From Carcharhinus amblyrhynchos (lineage: Eukaryota): DNA of 64,000 nucleotides. Where the stretch lies: positions 96,782,001 through 96,846,000 of the forward strand of contig OZ336878.1 in NCBI GenBank assembly GCA_965287045.1, read 5' to 3'. The notes beneath the pieces were generated by a model, which saw only the letters and a list, made by a program, of their open reading frames with translations, ran no database searches and was not told the DNA's origin. Shown in pieces: positions 35,655-49,538 of this stretch. The position numbers and the translations under genes were made by a program. Positions within the stretch are counted from its first letter, which is position 1, and the number at the start of each line of letters is the position of its first letter.

Positions 35655-37415
35655 CTCAAAATATTGGCAACAACAAATGTAGGAGCCTCACATGGGAAAC
35701 AGGTGAATTCAAAATCGGAGATAAATAAATTGCTGAGGTTTTTTTTTCAGTCTTCGCAGAGTAAGGAATGAAGAATGCAGCTGAAAAGCTGAGAGAAATG
35801 TGTCTTAGTGAGAACGAAAGGAAATCAGCATTAATTGACAAGTGATTTTGGGGAAATTGATGTGTTTGAAAGTGGATAGCTCTCCAGCTCCTGGTAATCT
35901 TCATCCCACATCACTTAAGGGACATGGCCCTGGCAATAGATTCTTTCGTGGGAATTTCCCCAAATTATTTGGACTCTGGAATAGTTGGAGGGTAGCTCAT
36001 GTACGTCCACTATTCAAAGTAAGGGAGATAGAGATAAAACGGGTAACTGTAAACCAGTGAGCCGACCGTCGGGACTGAAAAAGTGGGAGTGTGTTATCAA
36101 GGATTTCATAACTCGGCCTATGGAAGATAGTGGTAGAATCAGACAAAGTCAGCTTGGATTTAATGAAGGGAAATCATGATTGTTTTTTTTTTTGACGATC
36201 TCACTAGTAAAGATGACCGAGAAGAACCAGTGGATGTTGTGGATTTAGAGTTTCAAAGTTTTCCAAAAAGGTCACAAATGGCAAACTCCGGCATAATATT
36301 AGAGCATATTGGCTTGCAGGTAATGTCTTCCGAGGGATAGAAAGGTGGTTATCGGATAGGACTCAACGAGTTGGTATAAATGTCATTTTGTGTCTGGCGG
36401 TCAGTGACTCGTGGGGTACGACAGCGAGCTATGTTAGAACCACAACTGTTCATTTTACACATTAATGATTAAGAAGAGGAAATGGGAAACATTATCTCCA
36501 AATTTGCTGATTACACGAAGTTGGTTCTGAGATTTAGATACAAGGCAAACACAGAGATGCTTCTGCCTTTTATTTGGATAGGCTGAGTGTGTGGGCATCC
36601 GCATGGCAGATGTAGAATGATGGGAATAAGTGCGAGGCTATCCATTTTGCATAAATAACAGGAAGACTGACTATTACGTCAATAGATGCAAATTGAGAGA
36701 GGTGGAAACTTGAAGGTCTGGTGTATCAGTCGCAGAATGTAAGCGTCCAGTTACAACAGGCAGTAAAGAAGGCAAACTTTGTATTGGCCTTCATAGAGAG
36801 ATCTTTTGAACGTAGGGATATGAGTGTTTTGTGCAATTGTAAAGAGCGTTGGTAAAGTCACACCTTGAATGTCGTGTGCTGTTTCGGTGCCCTTATATGA
36901 GGAGGGATATCCTTGTTGTAGAGGGAGTACAGCGATACTTCACCAGGGTGATTACTGAAATGGCAGGTATGTCATTTGAGGAGGGATTAAGTCGGGTAAA
37001 AATTATATTCACTGCAGTGAATGGGCGGGTATCTCAGAGAGAGTTATAAAATTATAATAGGGTGAGACATGGTGAACTCAGAAAAAATGTTCCCAATGTT
37101 GGGGTAGTCCGGAAATATTGGTCAGAGTTTGAGGATAAGGGTGAACATTTTAGAACCAAGGTGAGGAGAAATTTCTCCACCCAGAGGATGGTGAATGCAT
37201 GGAATTTGTTACCACATAATATTTTTGAGGACTAAAGGTTGCCTGATTTCAAGAGGTAATTCAACATAGCTTTTGGGGCTAAATGGATTAGGGGATATGG
37301 CTGGAAGAGGGGTCAGGATAATAAATTTGATTCTCTGTTGTGATCAAAATGAATGGCAGATCAGGCTTGAAAGGCGAAATGGCCTACTCCTGCTTTATGT
37401 TTCTATGTTTCTATC
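35655..37415 (+). mobile_element. CR1 LINE ORF2 3' half, degenerate
   Basis: LKVDSSPAPGNLHP, WRVAHVRPLFK, NCKPVS, ISKFADYTKL, LVKSHLECRVLF..PY, tail tatgtttctatgtttctat. Confidence 0.88.
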
Positions 37416-37469
37416 ATTAATCCCCATGGCCCCGCTTGTACTGGCATTTCCGGGACATGATAGATAGCC

Positions 37470-38720
37470 TCCTTTCTCTCTTTCTGCAGGTTCTAGCACT
37501 GGCTGGCGTTGCAATGGCCTCCATCTTCTCATGCTCCTCCTTCCTTGTCGCTCTCACCATGATGGTGATCTCTATGTCTCTGAGTCTGAAACACGCCTGT
37601 GCAATGTAGTTGCAGAAAGAGAGGGAGAGATGTATTTCTTATTTTACTAGTCCGTGACCCCCACTCCCTCATTGGGACCACTTGCGGATGCTGATAACAC
37701 ACCAAAATCTGGGTTGCCATGCATCAGCTGAATAAGATGCTTTCGATTGGCATCATGGCCAGAGCAGGCAGGAAGAACAAACAGTTTGTTGTCCAGGCGT
37801 GGCCATTATGCACGATTGATACATTGTCATGTGTGCTGCTGTTGTATTTCCTTTCAAGAATGTGTTTCATGTCAGGCAAATGGGGCAGGAGTAGCCTTCT
37901 GATTATCACAATATGGATTCCCATTCACTGCAGACTCCATGCATTGTGAATGTCCGTGTTACATGGTGTCTCCTACATGGCGAACCAGCTGCTTGAGCCC
38001 TCAAGCAGCAAATTTGGCCCTTCCACCCTCACAAAATCCCCAGTACTCAGTAAAGTTCATCACCCCGCCCCAGAGCCAGTAAAATGGAACATCCCTGTGA
38101 CGAGAGACAGCAAAACTATCAGCACTTAGGAAAATTCCTCAGTCCACCCCAGAACCAGAACAATAGAACACGCCTGTGTCTGGAACCATCATCCCCACGA
38201 GCACTCAGTGAAATCCCTCACTCCACCCCACAGCCTGAACAATGGAACAATGCTGTTCCCGTAACAGTTCTTCCAACATATTATGAACTCTCCCACCTCA
38301 GCCAGTAACGTTTCACCTCCTACCTCCGCCCCAGTACCTCTGCATTCCGGGGGTTGCAACTACCCAAAACTTATCTCCTGTCTCCTCTTCAGTGCTGCTC
38401 CGCCAGGTCCCGAAGTTTGTGTAACAGTTTAAACGTCGTGATGTCACGCCGGATTGGAGAGAGAAACAGGGGGTGGGGGGGCCGGGGGGTGCTGTGGGGG
38501 GGGTGGGGGGGGGGGGTGCGGTGGCGGAAGGGTTTCCTTCCAATTATGTGCTATGAAATGGAAACACATTTCAATTGCCGCTGCATCTATTTACATCACG
38601 AATCCTCCTGAAAAAAAAAACTAGCCTGGGGGCTGAGCCGCTAGCCTGATTTCCGCGAAAGGGCCTCCGCCAATATCTCCCTTTTTGTTGCGCGATCAGG
38701 GCAAAAGGATTGGATAATCC
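37470..38720 (-). mobile_element. Further Harbinger-like remnant with a GC-rich subterminal region
   Basis: Eroded transposase-C-terminus-like sequence near 37500-37720 and a G-run-rich region at 38468-38525. Confidence 0.35.
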
Positions 38721-38724
38721 TCCT

Positions 38725-38880
38725 CATGTATGTATTTAAGGTCTAGATATGTAACTTTTTGATCAGTAGAAGAATCAATAGTTACGAGTAAGGACAGGAA
38801 ATTGGACATGTGGAATTTCCAATCAGCCATGTTACTTTTAAATGGTGCAGCAGTCTCGAAAGGCCTGACGGCATACTTGT
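38725..38880 (+). mobile_element. CR1 3' end fragment
   Basis: atttaagg...ttttgatcagt...atcagccatg...aatggtgcagcagtctcgaaaggcctgacggc. Confidence 0.6.
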
Positions 38881-39867
38881 TAAAAACTTATTGTATTAAA
38901 ATCGGGATAGAAAAATTGTGCTTATATTCTGTATTAACAAAGATATTGTATGCATAACTTTCAGCCCCCTCATTTCTTGCTCTTCTTTTGCTGTTCCCCT
39001 CTTTGAAAACCTTCTTCAAGTCTTTTTCTCTTTGCATAAACTCATTGTTTCCTCATTTTGGGTGTTCTCTGCATTGAAATTAAAATGTTCTGCTGGAGAT
39101 CTGAACGCAAATCTTGTTGTTGTTTCCCTGATGCATCACAGGACAAAGATGGCTTGAAAAAATATCCAGTTTCTGCGTCTTATTTTTTGTGAGCCTCCCA
39201 ATCCGGAGTCTAGGGATTCTGCGAAACATCTTGTCATTACAAGATTACCAGTTGCTTTCACAATATATGTTTCAATTCATGGTGAAAATATAGCCGAGAA
39301 GAACAAAAGACTAAGCATGTAGCAGAGCAAATATTCCACAGATAATTTTCCTGAGAGGACATCCTTTCGATTTTCATTGACTAATTTTCATGGTATGACT
39401 CATTCATGGTGAAAAACGTTTAAGTACCTCATCAGATTACAATGAGTGTCATTGTATCTTACAGTGTCTTCTCAAAGTGGTTCTGTGGAAGAGTATTGAT
39501 TCATCAACTGAGTTTGAGAAGATGAGAAGTAGTTTCAGCAAGTGTTTTCCTTGCCCGTTTGAGATCTCATGCCACGAGGGAAATCCTGCGAATTTCCTTG
39601 TCAAATGCCCCCAACTGTTTAGCACTATACTAGGAAAACTGCTTATGACAATGCTTGTGACAGTAATGTTTCTAATATTCCATGAGTGTGATATCAGGTT
39701 GTTGCATAACTACCCTGTGGGGCTACAATCCAGGATGCCAGCCCTAGACCCCAGAAGGTTGACTCCGTTGAGATGTCGGTTTAGGTCTTGCTATTGCTAG
39801 ATGCTAAACATCTTTAACTTCGATTTGTAAGCATCGTAGCGGTTTCGTGCGAGTGAACACTTAAGAG

Positions 39868-40310
39868 CCATAGAAGCATAGAAACATAGCAACTGGAAGC
39901 AAAGGAACGCTATTCGGCCCTTCGATCCTGCTCCACCTTTCATCTTGATCATGGCTGACCATCGACTTCAATATCCTGATCCCTCTTCCTCCCACATATC
40001 CCTTGATCACTTTAGCCCCGAGGAAACAATCTCCTTCTCCTTGAAATCAGACAATATCTTGGCCTCAACTACAATCTCTGGTAAAGAACTTCACATATTC
40101 ACCACTTCTCGGTGAAAAACAAAATCTCTCTTTACCGCAGTTCAAAACGTTTACCCCTTAACGTCAAACAATGACCCGAATGTATGCACTCCTCCACCAT
40201 TGAGAATATCATTTCCGAATCAACCCTGTGTATACCTGTTCGAATTCTATACATTTCTATGAGATCCCCTCACTTTTTATTCGAGTGAATGTAATCCTAA
40301 ATGATTTGGC
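39868..40310 (-). mobile_element. CR1 3' end fragment
   Basis: catagaagcatagaaacatag tail, ctattcggcccttcga, atcatggctga, cacatattcaccac, gagatcccctca. Confidence 0.75.
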
Positions 40311-41199
40311 CTCGCAAATCTGCATTTATTTTAATTCTTTCAGCCTCCAATCCTATTTGAGATCTCCAATCATATAATTCTAACTTCTTGAATATCTATA
40401 ATGTTTAGCTCTCAAACTTTCCTGTCTGCGCCTTTAACTTCCAAGGTTCAAACTTCACCATTCCCTCCATGAAAATCTCTCAATTTCCATCCCACTTTTT
40501 TCCGTGCGGTTTATCAAAAAAAAACTACCTCTCCTTGAAAAGATGTTGGTGATCTGTGGCATTACGTCTTTCTGGGACTGTTTCTTATTAACTTGCATAT
40601 TTCTGATGTCTCCGTGATCAGCGTTGAACATTTTATGACATTAAAGATGCAATGACAAAACAAATTGTTGCTATTGCTGTGGACTTCTTCCTCATGCAGT
40701 ATTTCATATTCTGAGGCTGCGTGTAGTTATCGTATAGGAACCTTAATGACCTATCTGTCTATTTACAGGAGTGATGTATTGTGCCTTCACAACGCAGGAC
40801 ATTCGTACAGTGATGTGCAATCGTTACACCTGCCTGCTTTAGTGGTGGGTGCTCTACAAGATGCCTTTCCTACAAATGCAATTCTCCATTGTTTCAATGC
40901 CTCTGCAGGGAAGGCAGCTTATGGTCTATGCAGAGAGGAGGGGCTGTCTAGAAGGAAGGTGATAGTCGAGTGGTATTACCACTAAATAGACAATTCAGCA
41001 ATTTAGCTAATATTTCGTGGGTTCGAAACCACCATGCTGGAATATGAATGTAATAAAAAAAGAATTGTGTTCTATTCCACGTCAGAAACTCCAATGCATG
41101 TAACAGGCTGAACCTAGACCATGAGATTTGAAGTTTGAATTTGGCTAGGGTTAACATGAAATGTTTCTATTTCAGGTTTGATTTAAACGACCTCCCAGG

Positions 41200-41835
41200 G
41201 AGTTTTTTTTATCAAACAAAGTTTAATCAAGAATACAGTTAACACGTAGAAAAAAAATGTGGAATCGTTTTTCTTTTTACCGAACAGACTAATGAGAAAA
41301 AAACGATACTGTAAAGTACCTACCGTGGAATAATGGAATGCTCACGCAGCTTTGGTTGATGAATTGAAACTGATCACCCCGCCTGTAACTTCCAGCAGCC
41401 CACCCGCGAGAGACAGTACTACTGCTAGTCTTTAGCTTGTAGCCAGCAAACCACTGTAACAGACAGAGAAAATCTTTGCCTCTAGTTATAAGCTAGCAAA
41501 TAAATCGGCGGCAGAATTTTCACTCCAAAGACAAGCCATAAAAACCTTGTCCGTCTGGACTCTACAGCTTCTGACCAGACAGAATCTAAAACTGAAAGTG
41601 AAAGAACGCTTTGGACTGAAAAATAATCTCTCCCACCTGACTCCTCAACCACCCAGAATGTGAATTCGGCCCATTTTAAACAAAAATAAATACATCCCTA
41701 CTTAAATCACTAAACAGCAATCAAAAGGCATGTCATCACTCAGTTGGTGCCGGAACAAAAACAAAAGCTTGCTTACAGGCTGCAGAGAACATGCTTGACA
41801 AACACATTTCTTAAGGGCACAGTGCCGTCCCAATT
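41200..41835 (-). mobile_element. Possible solo LTR
   Basis: Non-coding block with LTR-like composition; termini not confirmed. Confidence 0.25.
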
Positions 41836-42879
41836 AGCAATATACCGATGACTGTAAAACAACTGTTAATTATAGAAAAATAAAACATCAGATAGTTTTT
41901 CTTTCAGGAATGGAATCCACCTTGGAGAGCTGGTCGCACTTACATGTGAATCCTGAGTGACCAGAATATGATTAAATCTCAACTGCCCTCTAAAACTGAA
42001 TAGCACAGATTCAGTTCAAGGGCAAGTCGGACTGGTCCTTAAATGCTGGTCCGCCAGCAACGGCCATGTCCCACGAATGATGAAACGAAACTGTCATATC
42101 GCAGTGTTTGTGTATTTTAATTGTCGATATCCATAATGTTTGTGAGCAGGCTGCCATTGTGTAAGTTTGTTTCTTTACTGCACAAGCTCACTGTTTTGCT
42201 CAGCAAGCTATGATAGGTAAAGCTCCAATTACTGATGTTATACAATCTTTGCTTACCAGACAAAAGGTAATGAAATTCCTGCAGCATTAGTAGAAGATTG
42301 GCGATCTACTGGACCAAGAGTGCACAACACTTGGATTTGTGCCATGAAAAATTGTGTTTATATTTCAAGAGTGTGGCCAGCCTCAGTAATTGTCATTGAT
42401 TATTCAGGCAAGGCGGATGAGAAGATTTTTCATTGCAGACTGATGCATGAAGAGGAGGTTTGATGGAATCATTCACAATATTGAAACACATGGACACTTT
42501 GGGGAACAACTGCCCCCATTGTTGGAAGGATCAGGAACTATTCTTCACAGATAATTGTCAAAAGTACCAATAACGACAGTGTGTGTGTTTTTTTTTGGGG
42601 GGGGGGGCGTGGAGTGGAGCGTGGGGGCGTGGAGAATCAGCATTTCCCCGCAGAATGAGTGGCTTGAAACTTAAATGTACTGTCCCAGAGTGTGATGAAA
42701 GGAAGTTCGATTGAGACTTAAAAGAGCATGTTTTTTTTTATTATCTGAATAGCAACAAGTGCAGGTTTGTCGCTTGAGGAGCAGATTTCCGCCCAGTAAA
42801 TTGTTAATTCGGTGAGCTGGCGTAAAAGCCAAATGCTGTATCAGTCCTTTCTATGCTGCACGGATTGTTACTTCATTGG

Positions 42880-45600
42880 AATCCCTTCTGTCTTTGCAGC
42901 GGCTCTGGCGCTGGTGTCTCTTGTATTCATGGGCGCAACGACGACTACCATAGATTTCTGGTGATTATCTACAGCCGTTGCTCAACTTTTCAAACCATCA
43001 TCATTGTTAAAAGTTACCAGCCCTGTCTTTAGTACTGTCTGGTGCGCAAGACTCAGTCCGTCACGATATAATTGGAGGAAGGCTGGGGTCGGAGTTGGCA
43101 CGGTAGAGGTCTGTCCCTGAGCAGAGGCAGTGGTCTGAGGGGAGTAAGGTGGCGGAAGTGGGGACGAATCTGGCTGTTCAGTCTTAATATCTTGAGGTGG
43201 GGGTTGAGGATGAGGCTGAGGTTGAAGTTGGGGTAGGAGATGTGTTAGGGGTGGCAGAGGTAGATACAATGATTGAGGTGGTGGTTCTAGCGTGGCACTG
43301 AGTCCAATCCGCCAATCGCCCTCCTCTGGTTCATCCAGATCATTATTTGGAACATCATTGGCAGACCAGATATGTGGAGGTACCTCCGATTTTCTTTTTC
43401 TCTTTCATCAATTCGGCTTGATGCTCTAATCCCTGTTCTCTGTTTCGTCTTTCCCTTTTCAGCCTTTCCTATTTAACCCTTTCCCTTTCTTCATTCTATG
43501 ATCCTCACACTGCAACTTCAAAACCTCCCAATTTGGGGTTTCCCCCTATCGTCACAGGCACTAATCCATCTTCTACGTGCGCTACCCACCCAACTAGCCA
43601 AATTTGACTTTTTAGTGAACTCCTTAGCTGTTTTTTCTCCAAGATTATATTAAAATTTTCCATCTATTTCCTATATTGCGTATCCAAATAGCCTTCTTGG
43701 CTCAAATGCATTGATTTATATCCCAAGATCCCCCGAGTGGCCAATTTTCATTTCCTAATTTTTTGTTCAGGAACCCGGATAAACACTTGAGTAGCTCCTC
43801 GTCTTCCGGGTTTTCACGACACATTTTATATAATGGGGTCCGATCCCCTGACTTATCCAAAGTTTGTCCCATTGTTAAGAGACGTTGACCACTTGTGCTT
43901 CACAATCTTCAGTGTCCTGTTGCCCGCATGCCCACTTCAAGTCCTGACCTTTGCATGGGGGAGATCCGCTCCTAACAAACGGTCTGAGGCTCTGCGTTTG
44001 AGACAGGCATTCCCTTTCGAACAGCGCAAGTAGTCACGTTTCCAACTTCACCTAATTCCCATCCTTTTTTTCAAAAAACAATTTCACAAACATTCAACAA
44101 GAACAAACACGTTTTAACAAACCCTGCTTTCAATCTAATGCAACAGCAGACGCCTACATTCGACAAGCAACCAGACCCAACAAACACGCTGGAACACAAA
44201 CACTTCTCAAATTATTAGGTCAACCTCAGATTTTTCTCTAATCAATTTTTCCATCTTGTTAATTACTTTATAATATTTCCCTAGTAATTCCCACTCATTA
44301 CTACATCTCAGGGGGCTTGAACCTCAAGTTCTATTGACCTAGGGACTCGAACTCCAGTCATCAGGGGACTCAAACCACCCGGATTTAATATACCAAAACC
44401 CTGGGGACTCTAACCCCCAGGTACACGTGGCACAATCAAACCACCCACTTTCTAACTGAATAATGCTCGGACTCTAACTATCAGGCCACTGTGGGGGTGG
44501 GGGGGGGGGGTCGAACCAGTGGGGGGCCAACAATCAGGCCACTGGGGGGGTCTTAACAAATAAACCAGGTGTCTGTAACCACCAGGGCAACCGGGGCACT
44601 CGAACCTCCTGGTGTAGGACTAGCCAGTGTTCAAGGACATCAGTCCTCTCAAGGTTCCATCAACAGAGAGTCCCGGGCGATGAGAGGTCGACTGAGTAAT
44701 AGGTTCAGTGAGAGAGATCAATGTAAAATCTTACTTTGTGGGCCCATCCGTCTCACGTTACCTACACCCGGATGATCACTTATTCAGTCCGCCTCAGAGG
44801 ACAACTGAATATCTTGGATCCAAGGAATCGGTACCAAATCATTAGGTTCATTTTTTCAGAGACCCTTACTTGATGCCAGAGCGATATATTGATCTGTACA
44901 CGAAAACCCAGAATACCCAGTCCTTTATTTTCAAGCAAGTGCAGTCTTTTTTGGAGGATAGTATACTAACTCACCACAGTATGCTGAACTTTGCTGAACA
45001 ATGCTTCTTCAAACGGGGTGGAGGGAGGTGAGAGTCCCTCCCTTTATATTTTTTTTACAGCAATTAGTCGCGTACACACAGTATAAATTCACCCAGATCA
45101 CGTGCTTAGCAGCAACAAAAGTAAGTCGAAATACAGCATATGAGTAAAAAGACATTGAACACCCACCCCCGGTTGCCATCGACACTGCAAATCCACCATT
45201 ACTCGAGTATGAGAAAGCAACCATTCGTATATATATATCTTGGGATGTTACTTTGCCAATAAAGCGAACGTTATCTCCTTCAAACAAGCCCAGCATTTAA
45301 CCAAGTCCAGTCCAGACTGATTTGATAAAGCAAGAGTTTTCTTATTCATAAGGCAAGGGTGACAGTTCAGAATAGGGAGCATGTACTGATAACAGCACAC
45401 GTTCTTTCAAGCAAGATGCAGTTAATCACAGTTTTTAAGCTAATGAAGACTTTTCACTTTATCTGAAAGCAAATAGCTGCATTTGCAATTTTGCAGAACC
45501 TCAGCTTGCAAAACCCTTTTTTTCATAAATAGCCAAGATCATAGGAGATTCATGGGATGTTAACCCCTTAACATCTCACACCGATCCATGCACTACACCG
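42880..45600 (-). mobile_element. ERV 5' half: LTR, degenerate PBS, repetitive leader and gag N-terminus
   Basis: On minus: TATAAA near 45045, AATAAA near 44925, TGGTACCGATTCCTTGGA near 44826-44846, recurring ggggactcgaac-like units (plus reading) at 44310-44610, matrix-like ENWPLGGSWDINQC near 43720-43755, and a Pro/Gln-rich segment with a PPPY late domain (ORF 42982-43269). Confidence 0.65.
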
Positions 45601-45689
45601 CTGTAGTCACAGGCTTTGATTCATAAAAGCATAAATCCACCCTCACTGTTTGCCTTGCATTAAAAAAAATCAACGTATGATTCCATTTG

Positions 45690-46830
45690 TCAACTTGCCT
45701 TGAATCTTATGTGTTTTGACCGGTTGGACAAGCGTTCCATATAGGACTCTCTAAATAGGCTTATTAAATTCTACGTAGACCACATTAACTGGGCTGCCCT
45801 CATGAATAAAGTTAGTTACTATTAGATGAATTAGACACGATCCCCCAACAATGCATCCCTACTCACAACCCCCGATCAATTGCTGCCTTTCTAAGTGTCG
45901 ACTAATCGACTCCCACAGAGTTTTTTTCGAATGAATTCCCCATCACTAATGATGCACTAACTTTCTAATTGCCTGGATTAACCCTGATGCCCTTCTTCAA
46001 TAAATGTGCCACATTACCTATTTTGCAGTCATTTGAAACTTCAACTCTGGTCACCAAAACATTAAATACCTCCTGCATTCTCTTCCCATTCATTCCTAGC
46101 AGCCACGACTGGATCGTATCTGGTTTTGGGGATTTATACAACTTTATATCCGCTCAAAAATCTGATAATCCTCCCTAGTGATGTTTAGAGTTTCATCGTC
46201 CTAACTGAAATCTCCAGCCACAATATACTTCACCTTCGTGAACACTGATGAAAAATAATTTCATACCTCCACGTCCTCTGGCTCCACACATAGTTGGCCC
46301 GTTTGTTTTCTAATGTTCCCAACATTTCCTGGCAGTCCTTTGTTCTTAATATACTTACACAACGCACTTCAGGCTCCCTCGTCTTATCTGTTGTTGACAT
46401 TTTCTGGCCCCTTTTTGCACTCCTTTTCTATGAACCCCCGGGTTTCTTTTCTTTTCTGAAAGGGCTCGCCTGTTCTAATGTTCTACACCTATTTTATATT
46501 TATTTTATTTCCTTCAGCAAACACTCAAAATTCGTTGACACATATCTTCCCTGGCTTGGTCACCCTGGCTCTTCATTCTTTGAGGAATATTCTGGCCCTT
46601 AACATCCACTATTTTAATTGAAAAGACTCACACTTTCCAAATGTAGAGTGCCCTGCAAGTAACTGCTCGCACTCTACATAGCCAGATACTGTCTATTGAT
46701 ATTGACATTGGACTTCAATTAATTCAGACTCTTTAAAACTGGACTAGACTTTTACATTTCCATGCCAACTTGAATACTTATAGGGTTACGTTCACTATCA
46801 CCAAAATGCTCCACATTGACATTTGAGCAT
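45690..46830 (-). mobile_element. Old CR1 ORF2 fragment
   Basis: Antisense CR1-like stretches such as ttccccatcactaatgatgcactaactttctaattgcctggattaaccctgatgcccttcttcaataa and ttcactatcaccaaaatgctcc. Confidence 0.55.
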
Positions 46831-49051
46831 TTATGCCCAGCCTGCAGTTTTTTTTTAAGTAATTTTTCCTAAGCTCCATCCATGTGGTTTGGTTTGACCA
46901 GTCTTCTAAGGCATCCTACTTCAATGATGCAGTGATGGCTTTTTTTTTATAAATAAGTCAAAGATTCATCCAGAACTAAGTCCCCATCCCCCCGCCCATA
47001 CCCAACGCAACCCACTTCTCATCACACTTAAAATTCAATCTCCATCAATGTTGATTTACCGGTCATGGCCTTCGTTCATCCTTTTATCAGTGTTTGCAAC
47101 AATTTGAAACTTACACATTTTGATCAATACTGCATGTTCTTCAGACAGTCTCCCTCTACTAAAATAGATGTAATTTAGCTATCCTGTTCTCCAAGGTCAC
47201 TTATTATGCACTTGGAAATTTGCCGGACTCGGCTTGTTTTCCACTTCTTTTTCACATAACTTCGCTCGCAACTCGTTTACTATGTGCCCCATCCTGCTTG
47301 ATGTGCAAATGCCAATCTTTTCCGAGTAGCTATGTTACCGGATGTACCACTCTTGCCGCTTACGTAAGAATTTCGTTCATAAAATCCAATTGGCTTTTCC
47401 TGTCGTTTATTTCTATAAAAACAACACTATTAAAGAAATTTGATTGTACTGTGATGAAGGTTGCATACTCGTTATCATGTACATACTGATGAATAGACAA
47501 TTGTTGGATGCATTTTATTAGGAAGAATTAGAATGGAATGGAAGGGGGCGACAGTTACCGAAACAATAATGATGTCATTCAAAATCCGAATCCTGTCGAA
47601 CTTCCAACTGCCTGTATTGAAGAGAAACTGTGTTCCTTAAATATGATTCCCGCCAGCATGTCTGTTTATTCAGAATTTCTTTTTGATTGGGTATCCTGAA
47701 AGTTAAAAATCAAATTGCTCTGGGATTACTGTTTGTCTGGAAAATGAAGAGGGAATAGCATATCATCCAAGTCCGATTTTAATGTTAGTCGTGGAGAGTA
47801 ATGAACGACCACTTCAAGAAGATAGGCTATGCAAATTATTTGGGGCTGGCGATGAATCTGTCAGTAGCCGCGATCTCAACCAACACGGTGTCAATTCGGT
47901 GCCATCCTACTTCAAGGATTTTAACATATATAAGAAGGGAATGAGTTTTGTGGTCTTCGACGAAACTGTAAACAAGAACGTAGATGGACTGAATGATGCC
48001 CTTTTTCGGATAACATAAAACAGTCGATTATTTACGTATTCAAATTAAATGATATTATATTCAACCATTGCTTTGTAGATGAGAGCTACCTTCAGGCGTT
48101 TGGAAATCCTGCGGTCCAAATAACGTAACAACAGCCTTTTGTTAAAAATGGGACACAGCAAACAATCACCCCAATGAGTTCGAAAGTATCGTGCAGACGC
48201 GTTCAGTTATCTTGAGTTTTAACACATCGACGCAGCACGAATGCAGAATTGCCAATTTCTTTAGAAAATATGGGAGCCTGGTCACGCAGAAATGCATCAA
48301 CATCTAATTAGTAGCATGGTTAGCTTGGTCACATACGCAGCGCAAATAGTCCACTCTGATTCATTTCTCCCACCAATTGCTTTTCACCAAAAATCTTGAA
48401 GATTTATCTGTAACACAATAATCATTTGGAATCAAGACTTGCTATTAATCTGTCACGTCCAATCAGTGTGTCACTCAAATTAAGTCATTTCGTGGGAGAC
48501 GTAGCTTGTTTTGAAACAAATATTTGTTACAGCGTGGCCAGCTTTGCCAGCCATACTAGTCATTATTTACCAACTGTTATATTGCCACTGCATGTGATAT
48601 TGTTGGTGGCAATTGATATGGTGTTTGAAATACGGAGCTTTGTGTTATATTCGATCCCATTCCAAGAGTTATCTTTCGGAATATAACAACGTAATAACTC
48701 GAAGCAATCAATTCAGCCCCGCGCTCCTACACTGACATTTCATATGATTATTGATGACCCAACTTCGACCTCAAATCCAAGTCCCTTCTAGTTTTCCAAA
48801 ACGCAAAAACCATTGTTAATTACGAAACAGTCTACCCCTTCTTTAAATCACTCAATTTCCGGGGATCCATCGAGTTCATGGGTAGTATCTTCCATAAATT
48901 TGCGACTTGTTCACAGAAACAATTTCTGCCGATCTCGAATTTCAATCTGGTACCCCCTTATCCGTAAATTGTGATCTTCCGTTGTAGACTCGCCCACAAG
49001 AGGAGCATGCTCAGTACCTCTACGCTGTTAATCTCCATTATCATCGTATCT

Positions 49052-49538
49052 CATAAGGGGGTTAGCTTATGAAGAGAGTTTAGAAGGCTGAGGGGGGATC
49101 TTATAGAGACTTACAAGATAATGAAGGGGATCTTATAGAGACTTACAAGATAATGAAGGGGCTAGATAGGGTAGAGGTACACAGATTCATCCCGCTTAGA
49201 AAGGATAGCAGAACTAGAGGGCATAACCTCAAAATAAGGCGGGGCGGGGGTGGGGGGGGGCGCAGTTTGGAACGGAGTTGAGGAGGAACTTCTTCACTCA
49301 AAGGGTGGTGAGTCTCTGGAATTCTCTGTCCATTAAAGTGGTGGAGGCTACGTCGTTGAATATATTCAAGTCACATGTAGATAGATTTCTGATAGACAAG
49401 GGAATTAAGGGTTAAGGGGAGAAAAAGGGAAAGTGGAACTGATCCACTTCAGATCAGCCATGATCTTGTTGAATGGCGGGGCAGGCTCGAAGGGCTAGAT
49501 GGCCTACTTCTGCTCCTATTTCTTGTGTCCTTGTGTTC
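49052..49538 (+). mobile_element. 5'-truncated CR1 of the same subfamily as 28883-29238, with an internal 32-bp tandem duplication
   Basis: RRLRGDLIETYKIMKG; ggggatcttatagagacttacaagataatgaa at 49094 and 49126; 3' part nearly colinear with the 28.9-kb copy. Nested in an older antisense CR1 remnant (about 48700-50400). Confidence 0.9.
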
